Virus record (IMG/VR): IMGVR_UViG_3300020463_002275
Coordinates: 32,001 to 96,000 of that record
From: a virus
Direction: 5' to 3' (one strand)
Length of the DNA stretch: 64,000 bases
Shown piece after piece: positions 34,244 to 46,200 of this stretch (within the stretch, counting starts at the first letter, position 1; each line of letters starts with the position of its first letter). The translations under genes and the position numbers were made by a program. The notes below the pieces were generated by a model. That model was not told the DNA's origin. It saw only the letters and a list, made by a program, of their open reading frames with translations, and ran no database searches.

Positions 34244-37200
34244 TTAGGTAATTCCGTTGTTCTTGCCTTAAGAAACTGTGCAACGTCATTTTCTGCATCA
34301 ACCAGGCTTTCTCCTGCGTTTGACCATGTTTGACCCACTCGTCGAATCACCGTAACCTTCTGATCTTGCTCTGGTGTAACTGCTAAATTCAATGTACTAC
34401 CACTTAAAGTGAATTCCACTGGCAATGTTACGTCACCCTCGGCACTATCTTGTGCAATAAATCTAGTTACAAAGTTTCCTGCACTATTTTTAGTGTCTAC
34501 TTGATAACTACTTATCGCATTTTTACGAAGTCTGTTTCCAGCAACAAATACTTCAAACTCATCAACACCTTTTGTAGGAGTAAAGTCTAATTCATATGAT
34601 GCTGTAGTACCATCTGCTGTAAACACCTGTGTAAGTGTCTGATCTGCATAAGGCATATTTTCGCCTGGACTTTGATCAATTACAGACGTTCCTGAAGCAA
34701 TAAATGTGTTTACACCTGTACCTAATGTACCTCTTCTAATTTGACGTAAACTATTGCCTTGCTTCACGTAGTACTCAATTCTTTCACCGTTTATAAACAC
34801 AACACCCGGAATTTGTTTCTTTTTACCTGGTTCAGGTAATTTTGAAGCATCTACTAGTTCTATTCTAGTATCCCACCAATTAAGGTCTTGTGCTAGTTTG
34901 TACTTATTACTATCATCGAGTCTCTTGTAGTGAACCCGGTTCAGTATATCTTTAAACTGTCTAAATCCAAATCTATGTACAAGTTGCTCTTCGCCAAACT
35001 GTATTATTTCAATTTGATCATTAGCACTTAGTTTTTTAAGAATTTTTACATGCTGTTTATCTTCAGGTACATAATAATCAACATTTGGTGCTAATCTAAG
35101 ACCATTTACAATTACCCAAACATACTCTGAATCTTGTGATGGTCTTCTAAGTTTTACCAGTCCATTACTTAAATTAATATATTCTTTGAAGTTTATAGTA
35201 CCAGGAACAAGCGTAACTCTACTTACAAGATCATATTTTATACGCTCAATATCTTGTAAGTCGTGATTACTAAATGATGTAATTCTGATTGAATCTCCTA
35301 AACCTGGGGCTGTGTCGAAGTAAATTTTACTTCTATCTTGTAAAAACTTAGTTGAACTATCTGCACCTACACCTACATAACCAAATGCATATGTTCCGTC
35401 AACACTAAAAAATACATCTAGTTTATCATTTACTGCACCTATTCCTGCTGAAAGTTTTACACTATTATTTGTGCTATCCCATCTATATTGAACATTTTTT
35501 GTAAGCAGTTCATTATTTAAATATACTTCTATATCTTCACCTCTGATGCTGTTAGCAAAAAATTGCCATTCTTGGATTTGGTATTCTCTAGTTGCTGAAT
35601 TAGTAATTGTAAATTCAGTGTTGTAACCTGCATCTAGTATATTGTTATTAACTTCAACAATAGCGTTTTGTGCAGTTGGCAATCCACCTACAAGTGCAGG
35701 ATTAACATCAAATATTGTAGTTGATCCATCTCCTACCAGAGTTTGAACATTTGTTGCACTAAAGGACTTAGCAGTTGTATAAAATAATCCATAATCTACA
35801 ACTTGTCCTGACTGCGGTGCTGTATCAAATGTAATTACAAAGTTTTTATTTGTATCTTGCGATAAACTTGAACTAATAGATTCACCATTAATAGTTACAT
35901 AATGACTTACATCTGTTTGATATTTTATGTTTGTTGTGTACGTATTTGTACTTCCGTCTGCTACAAATTTATTAATATCTAAAATTTTCTGTCCGCTTAC
36001 TCCTAAGCAAACAATACTTAAAATTTTTCCTGTTGCTGGTGCAGTTGTAAAAGTAATTGTGTCGTTTACATAATTTATTGTATAATCTGTGTTAGCAACT
36101 CTAACATTATCTAATGTTACAAAAACGGCTTCATTATTATGCGGATGTATTCCGATAGCATAAGTTTGTGTAATACCATCAGTTTGGAAAAATTGTGTTT
36201 GTACATTGCTTGTTCCATCATCTGGTCTATGATACACTTGGATATCTACTGTGTCTGAAATTTTACCTGGAACCAATTCTTCTGGACCAGTTGTTGTCAT
36301 TGGTGTAATGAATCCATCACCATCTACAATAATATCACTTGCATCTATACCTTTTGCATTACTATAACTTAATGCTCCACCTGTAAGTTGTGTATCGAAA
36401 CTTGCAGGATCAGGTTTAAAACTTCCGTCACTTGTTGTTTTTCTTATTATAAAAATGTCATCGTCTTTTGATGCTATGCCAAGTCCGTCTATATCAATTT
36501 CTTGTATTACTCCGTCTCCTGTAATACTAGTCATTACAGCATTAGGATTAGTAGGATTGCTAGGATAATTTATATCATCTAATCTAATATTATTCTTGTA
36601 TACATTGTATACAACACCATTTTCTAATGGCTTATCTAAAGAAAGTATGTTTGTAGATCCATCTAAATAAAAAATTATATCTTCAAATGTATTATCATAA
36701 ACATCATATGCTTCTATTCCAAACCCTTTTGTTTCAAATCCTCCTGATCCTGCAAAATCAAAACTTTTAACTTCTACTCCACCAAAGTCTACACCCATCA
36801 TAAGTTGACCAATATCTTTACCAATCATACCATCTATTGGTTGATAGTAACTTTGTACTCTATCTTGTGCAGTAAGTAAGTCTGGTGCTAATTCATAATC
36901 TATTTTTATTGCTTTTCCTGTTACCGGAGGTAAAGTAAATGCAATTCTACCTCGTTTTCTAGTATAACCTTTTGAAATATCCTCGTAATTACTATATGTG
37001 TATTCACTTTTTAATAATTCTACTCCATTAATGTATATTTTAAGTTTTGCGCCATTTAAATTCATCGGCCATAGCAAATTGTATATTGATGTTACACTAT
37101 CTCCAGTAAATGTTTCAGATCTAGCAACTTCTAAGTAATAAGGTTTGCCGCTAATTCTATCAAACCTAGAGATAACGTGTGTGCCTCTTACTTTACCATT

Positions 37201-40200
37201 GCCTAGTACTGCTCTAGCAGTTGCAGGTGTTCCAGCAACAGCAGAATCTTCTGTTCCACTATCTTCTATACTACCTTTTAAAATTACATCTGGTGCTTTT
37301 AAATATCCATCGCCTGGCGAAGTTACTTCAATTTTAGAAACTTTGCCATCATTTAGATAGGCTTGTGCTGTTGCTCCGCTACCGCCACCACCTTCGATAC
37401 TAACTATAGGAGGTAAAGTATAATTCGAACCTGGGTTACCAACACTTATTTCAGAAATTTCATACCCGCTATTTTCTAGCCAATGTTTATCTGGATATTG
37501 TTCTGTAGTCTCAGGTGCACTTGAAATTAAGTTGTTTCTTACTTTTGCTGTACTGCTTGTAATTCTTTTTTGATTAAAATTATATCTAGGAGGTAAATCA
37601 AAATCTGTTACAACACTATTTGTAGGATCTGTCTTTTCATAATTAGATACGTATTCTCTAATTTTTGTTTTGAAAGGTTTGACTTCATTTATATAATCTT
37701 GATAGTTGTCAATATTATCATTTTTAAAAGTAATTTTTTGTGCTAGTTCTCCAACATTGTGTTGTGCTTTAATAAATGATGTTTTAAATGCCCAATCAAT
37801 ATTAGGTTGTTCGCTGAAAGCATAACGTAAACTTGAAATAAACAGTTCATTATAATGATGTTCTAAATCATCTATAAAAATATCATCTCTTAATGTTTCT
37901 AAAACTACTCTAGATTCTGTGACCGGTTGGCTATCATAAAACGTTGTATCAAATGTATCAGTATCAAATCCTGTTCTGTTAACACTTGTGTTATATAGTT
38001 TGTTACTGAATTGAATTGTAGCATTTTGTTTACCTATTACTTTATAATTTTGTGTATAATCTTCAGTTTGTAAATTAGCAATTTTTTCTAGTAACAACCA
38101 GCCGCCGGATCCTATTGTAGAAATCTTAACAGTTTGTCCTACATCATTTTCTAATGCAGATAATTGGTAACTAAAATCAATTAAACTATTAATTTCTGTA
38201 AATGCACTGTATCCTGGCGCATACCAATCTGCATAGTTCCAGTATAAATTTGTATCAAAACGCTGACTAACTGTTCTATTCCATTTTGTTCCGTTGTAAT
38301 TATATAAAGACCATTTGTTTGCAACATTTGAATCACTAGCAACCAACACACTAAAGTTTCTTACTATTAATTTAGTATTGCTATCATAACCAATACCCGG
38401 ATCAATAATGTTAACTTTTGTAATTTGTCCTAATTCGTTAATTTCAGATTCAAGTACCGCATCTCTACCTATACCGTCTATTGTTATTTCTGGACCTATT
38501 CTAGTTCCGCCAACTGTAGAAACATATGTTGGATCTACATAGCCTCTACCCGAGTTAGTAATATCAATACTTGTAATTTTTCCGTCAACTACTGTTGGAG
38601 ATAATACTGCTACTTCTCTTTTTGCTATACCAACAAATGCTAAATCTTCATATGAATCTATTTTTATATCGTATCTACGTGAACTTGCTAAAGGCGCTGG
38701 ATCACTTTTTGTCAAATTACTAATATCAAATTCATCTACAATAATATTTTTTATTAATACATCATTTGCTCTTTCAATAACTTGTTTATATGCTTCAGAC
38801 TTATTAATAAACATAGACTGTCTTGGATTATTGCTTATACCATATTTTGCTTTTGCACTTAGTTTAGGATCTGGTACTAGTCTAAACTGACTGTCGTAAC
38901 CAATTAAACTGTCAAACCATTTACGCTCAATATCTCTAGTTGGTTTACTAGTGCCAATGCCTTGTGTCAACATTTGATATTCATTATGAATATTTTGGTC
39001 AACGTTATCAAGTGTGTAGTAACGTAAATTAAATGCAACATTATTACCGCTTAATAATGGCTCACAGTTAAACAATACAAATCTATCTTTTGCCATTAGT
39101 CCAACAAATCTATGTCCTTGTCCTACTGGATCTTCTATTAAACGTTTTACATCATATGCTGTTATTTTTCTATTAGCAGTTGTAGGTACAACACGCTTGT
39201 TTGCTACCCAATAATAATACTTTGCTTTGCTTGTTTTTGCTATTGGATCCCATTTTAGTCTTTGTGAGTAAACAGTATCGCCATATCTACTTACACCACT
39301 TACGCCTGAAGCAATCCCGCTTTCGCTATCTGCCAAATTATCCCATTCACTAGGTAGTAGATCTGTTTCTACCCATTCATATACTTCAACACTTGTGCCT
39401 GGAAAAACTTCTCCCCAGTAATTTGTTTGATAAGTTACATTATTTTGTTGATAATTATAAAATTTTACTGCGTTTAAGTCCCACCATAGTTTACCTACAT
39501 GTTCTGTACCCCATGCATTATCTTCATCTATTACAACAGTATCATCACCTTTACTATATGCCGCAGGATCATAATATGTTTTATATGATAATTCTTGTTC
39601 TGCTGGTCCTGCAACTTTTCCTTGTACAGGATCTATATAATCTAAATCTTCAATTAGTGTATTTGTTTGCGTATTATATAAGAATGCACCTTTTATTTTA
39701 TTGATGTCAACTTGATCTAATGGACTTCTATGTGTATTCCATGCTCTTTGTCCTATTGTTTTTCTAAAATCAATTATCATTCCTTGATGTGTGGTATAAT
39801 CTGTAACTTCTGGCATTGCAGTGTAAACATGATTATTTTTCATTAATATGTTCTTGCCAAAATTTACTGCTAATGGTTCGTCAATAACAAATTCTTGTGC
39901 AAATATTAAAGACTTATTAATACGTTCATACATGAAGATAGCACCACTATCCATATCCATTCTTTTGAATTTAGTAAATTCATCATCAAATACTGTAGTG
40001 TTGTTATCAAAAGTTGTTGGAATTTCTATATCACCGTTTAGTGATGTTACTGATAACTGGTTTCCATCAAAATTTAAATATGCACCAAACTGTTCTGCTT
40101 GTTCTCCGTTCGGGCTAAAAATTTCTTGTGATAGTTCAAACTTTCCGTTTATAAGATTATATATGTAAACTTTTCCTTGATCTTTTTTACGATCATCATT

Positions 40201-43200
40201 ATATGGTTCTCCTACAGCAATCATTTCTCCGTCAGCACTTACACTTATGCTGTCACCAAATCCGGTATAAGCACTTGTAGAATTCCAATCAAAGTCTGCG
40301 CCTTGAGGCAACATAGAACTATTATCTTCATATGGTGGTTGGATAATTTGAGATACAGTCATTTGTCCTTCAGGCAATCTTCTATATACAACAATTACAC
40401 GCTCACCTGTACTGTCATTACCTTGTATTCTAGAACTTACAACTAAAACCTCTCCATCTTTAGATTGATCAAACTGTCTTGCAAAATTTATTACACCAAA
40501 TTCTGGATCAAAAACTTCTTCGCCAATGATTGCATTAGTTCCATTTGTAGGCACAAAGCCAACATGTGCAGTACCATCAGTAACTGATTCCCAATCTGCT
40601 GGAATAAATGCACTTCCACTAGCAATATTTCTTAATGCTTTGTAAAGTTTATCTTGATATTCTACAATTTCATTTTGCTTATAAAATACTGATGAACTAA
40701 AATTACCTCTGAACTCAGGATCAATATCTAATTGCCAGTTATATGTTTCAAGAACACCATTTTTTGTTTCAGTTCCATTTTTGATAAAATGTATACTTCC
40801 TGCATTATTTTGAGCACCTGCACCTCTAGATGCTACACTCAATCTATATAAATTTCCTTCTTGTGTAAATTGTACTTCGTCGCCAAGTTTTACATGTGAT
40901 TTTCTTTCAGGCACTGTGTAATGATTTTGAACTTTAAATTGTATCTGTTCATTTAGTTCGTAAACACTAAACATACCCTCTGCAGTCAATCCACTTGTTT
41001 GAGTACCATTTAAATTTGAAACTGGTATGCTAGTTACTTGATCCCAATCTCTATTATTTGATGCTGGAATATTGGCTTCTCTTGGTACGCCTTGTAGAGT
41101 TGTTTCATCGAAGAAAAAGTATTCAATATCTGTTAATTCACTAACTGACGCATCTGGAAAATTAGTATCTTCTTCTAAAACAATAATTTTACCTATACGT
41201 GTGCCTTCTAAACTAACACCGTCTATTCTACCCATATTACGTTTCACAGATCCACGCACACGGAATATGTCTGCGTCTTCGTTATGGTTGTTACCTTTAC
41301 TCCAAGTACCTGTAATATTCTTAACATAAATTCTTACACTGTTAAACTGCCTTTTGTAAAAAGTTATTAATGCAGTTGCACCTGTTACGGTATCTTCAAC
41401 AGTATCGCCAACAATAGGTTCAAAAGGTAATTGATTTGCTTGGTCAAATTCGTCAAAAGTAAAATCTATGTAGCCATCCCACAAATCATAGACTGTGTGT
41501 TCTTTGTTAAACAACGTAGTACTCATTGCTGTATCTGTAAAATTAGTATTACCACTAACATTATCTACAACCATTTTAAATTTACTACCAATACTTAATG
41601 TATCAGTAAAAATTTTTCCACCTCTTACTGTCCATAAAGGACTAGATTGTAATGCAAATACTTCTAAAGGATCACCTTCGTAAGTTAGTGTTTGTGCAAA
41701 AGATGCTTGATCCATTAGACTTAAAGTTGCTCCTGAATTGTTAGCATCATCAATTGCTTGTTGTTTTGTTGCAGTGATATTGTAATAAAAATTAGGTGTA
41801 GTTCTTCCACTTGCCGCTGTAAGCAAGTCTACATAAACTAAGCCATGTCCTGGATCTACAAAAGTATTTGTGCTATCTGCTGAAGTAGTATATGCTGGTG
41901 TATCTATCCACCAATAACCACCTAATTGATTAAGAACGTTTACGTAATCTTCTGTGTAATCTCCAATACGAATTGTTCCGACAAACAAACTTCCTGAGGT
42001 AGCAAAAGTTCCATTTACATTAGATAGATATACTGTACATGTTGTCAAATCGTTTGCGACATAAACTATTTCACCACTTGCAACACTGCTTGAAATAATA
42101 TCACCTATTGCTGGTAGATTAACAAAATTTTCTATAACAAGAACATTATCAACTTTGTATTTTATTTCGTGTTTGTCACTTAAAAATGCACCTGTGATTG
42201 CAGGGAATTCTCCATCAAAAGGTTGAACATCTACAGAATCACCTTGTAAATTTAATTTACTATAGTTATTCCATGCTAATACAATCTCATCACCTACTGC
42301 ACTTCCTTCATATGCATTAATTGGTGCTCTTATCAACATGTGACTTACACCAAAACTATTATTAATTTTATAATCAGCAGTTTGTAATAAATTAATTAAT
42401 GTACTATCACTTTCAGAAACAATATCTATATAAGAATCAAAACTACTAAAAGATATTGCTCCTGTAGCAGGATCTATATTTTGTATTGCTTTATATAAAT
42501 TAGGACCGTATTTTACAATTTGTTGTTTTGTATAAGCAACTCCTTGTTTGTATTCTCCTTGATAAAAACTGTATGTGTTTGATGCTTGTGGAGAACCTAC
42601 TGCAAGAAATTTGCCGTCTGGACTTAGAGCGACACTTTCACCAAATTGCATTGATGTAGAAAATGTGCTACCATCATAAGCATCAGCAACATTAACAGGT
42701 GCTGAAATAATTTGATCTAAAACGTAATTTGTACTGTCATTTGGTCTTACGTAAATGTGTACTTCGCCGTTACCTTTGAAAGGAATACCAACTGCCATTT
42801 TTGTGTTTGCATCATTTACACTAATAGCATGTCCAAAACCATGTTGAGTGCTATCTAAACTAAGTGAACTTAAAACTTTTTGATGTTCTGAGTATACTGG
42901 TTTATTTTTCAGTACAGTCCATTTACCATTATCGTCATCATCGATCCAAACTAATTCATTGCTAGATAAATTTGCAGTGATATTTGTATTTGCATCATCA
43001 ACTGTTTTTGTTCTTTGGCTTGTAAATATAGTTATTGTGCCTTTGATAGTGACTGTATCATCTATCTCTAGCCAGTCTGATTTATCGCTTTCAAACGTGA
43101 CTTTATTACCTTCAACTTTAGTTGCTTTGTAAAATCCGTCTAAAGTAGTCAATGCAGTTGTGTTAGCATTAGTAATTCCAAATATATCTCCTACTGCAAT

Positions 43201-46200
43201 GTCTCTTGCAGTAAAATTCATATCTAATGTTATTTCACTACCAACTGGTGTTGCTTTTTCTATTCTTAAATTTGTTTCAGTGTGTTGTAGTACGTTCCAA
43301 GTTTGGTTATCTGTTGCTACCCATATATAATCATTTTTATTAATATCGTCAATACTAAATCCTAGTATTCCGTCCTTTGTTAAAACTGCACGACTAACAT
43401 CTTCACCAGTTACATATCCTACTGTTCTTACATATTCTTCGTTGGTGTATTTTGTAGGTATTTTATTAATATCATAATTTTCAGGTTTTAAAAATACATC
43501 ATAGTTAGGTATTCTATAAATTAAGTCTGTAGGAGCACTAGGTAATGTCTCAACTAGTTCTATTGGTTGTGGACTTAGTTTAAATTTTGATTCATCTAGT
43601 TGCCATTCTATTTCCTCAAAATTTGTAGTACTTCCGTATTGATTATTTTTTACTGCCCATTCTTCATAAAAGTCAACTGATTCTTTATCAGCACTTGCTA
43701 GTGCATCAAACAGTTTGTCAACACTATTACGTGATCCTTTATCTGCAATAAATCCTTGATAAAATTTATATTGCGATACATCATCATTAATAATATTTTC
43801 TAAATATTGTCGCTTTTGATAGCCAACTAAATGCTGTGCAAGCCTTTGTTGCTCGTTATCAAAATTATCACTATCTAAATCATAAAAATCAGTAAACTGA
43901 TTTATTCTATAATCAAAGTTTGTATAAAGTTTTGTTTCTGGACGTCCGTCTATTCTATTCCATTCGGCAGGAATAAATTTAGGACTACCTGCAATTTTAT
44001 TTTTTGCTGTGTAAAAAAATTCTTTGTAACGCACAGTATCACCAATTGCATAATCTCGATACGCTTGCCATTCTTGTACTTCTGCTTGGTCAAACACAAA
44101 TCCCGGAATATTAAGTGTTCCGTCCCAATTAGCAGTTCTATATCCCATAACCTTAATACGGTCTTGTCTATATCCTGATGCTGGTGAGTAAATTACATCT
44201 TTAAAGTCTGAAGTATTATCAAGTATTGCAACATGTTCTACTTGTACTAAAGGAAGTTGTATGTAATAGATACCGTCTGCTGTATTTGCTAAATTAACAG
44301 CAAATGTATTTCCTTCTCTAGTAAGTCTAGTAAATGTTTCGTCTAATGCTTCTCCTGAACTTGTTTGTAATGAATAATCATAAAAATTATCATACAAATT
44401 ATCAACAACTGCATACGGTCTTGTAAACTTTATTTGATTAGCACTAGGGCTCAATGCAATAATTGTACCTGGCGCCCAATTTTGTGTAGTCCAATATAAG
44501 TATTCTTTAGCACTATATCTCCAATCTTCTACAGTACTTGTGTCTTTATTATAATAATCAAAAGTAAATCCTGCTGTATCAAGTTGTTTTGCATATCCAA
44601 GTATAAAGTCAATGACTTCTTGTATTTCTGTATATATTGTTCCGTATGGAACTTCAGTCACTGTGTTCTCAAAGTTTTTACGGAATAATGCTGTGGCTCC
44701 TCCTCGAATTGGTAATGCTGGAATCTTTACAAATTTTGCGGAATCGAAACTTTGTGTTGAAGTATGATCTTCAGTTACTCTATAGAAACTATTTACGTAT
44801 CTTACATATTTGTCTTCAGTGTATTTTTGATCTTCTTCCCATTCAACAAACGCATCAGTAACTCCACCTACATTTACTGCAACATCATTAGTACGAGGAA
44901 TTGCTTTTTGTATTTTGAAAACTGGATCTGCTTTATCATATCCTCTAATTACAAATCCGTATGGTTGTTTTTCTACAATTACACCGCTGTAAGAAATAGT
45001 TTCAATCGGTGAACTTGTGTTCAAAAATATTTGGTAATTTTCTTTAGGTAAAAATACATTTCCTTTGTTGTAAGGAGTTCTGCTATCTAAAACCAATTTC
45101 ATTTTAGATTGATCTGTAAAAGCACCTAATTTGATACCTAATTGATATTTTAGATTTTTTACTTGTTCTTTATAATCTTTAGTCGAAATATTGCTGTTAG
45201 ATAATGTATAATTTATTATATAATCAACTAGTCCACTTGTATAAACTCTTTGTGTGTCGCTGTATACATTACTAAAAACTAAATCAGCCAATGATATAGA
45301 ACGCTTGTTTTCATTGTAAACAAATTGACCTGCAATATTTTTACTAATCCTTGATATATCCCAAGCCATAGACATAACTTTTGCAGGTTGATTCAGTAAC
45401 CATGATTTGATAAGACTAAAAGCATAGTCACTACTATTTCTCCATGCATTCTCTGTAGGAGCATGATCACCAAATTTAAAACCTAGTTTTGTATACGATG
45501 CAATATATTCTTTAGCGTATTTTGATTGTAATGGACTTAATAGATTTCCGTCTTCGTCAACAGGAATATGATTAGTAAGTCCCGGTCTTGCATATTGTTC
45601 TAAAAATTTAGGTGCTTTGTTAGGTTCAGCAACTTTACCTTCTTCTAAATCTTCCCAAAGGATTAAATTATCTTTGGTATATGGTGCTGGACCATAAACT
45701 GAGTTCCACCACGTTGGTTTATCTGTAAAGCCTAGCATCTTCCACGGAGTTGTATGCGGAGTATCAGTATCGTATGCATTTCTGTAAACTGAACGCCAAA
45801 AACCTGTAAGTGCTTCGCCATTAGGTCCAGACATATATGAATAATTGTATGTGAAACTATCAGTTAATTCATAAAAGTTATTTGATGTATAATCTAAACC
45901 ACCTAACGATTCGTTCCATTTTACAAAGTCACTTAGTAATACTTTATTAATATTTGTTAAATTAAATTTAGTATTTCTATATGCTCCAGGAAGGAAATCA
46001 TGTATATCTAATTTTTCAGTATTATAATCAATTTTAATATTATTATAAATTCTTCTTTCTAAATCTAATAATAAATTATCTCTATAATCATTAAACGCAA
46101 TAGTTCTACTACCGTCGTGTCCTATAATAATTTTTGTTGGTGTTCTATAACTATCGTCTGTGATAATTTCAGGTACAAACGAAGGATACAAACCTAACTT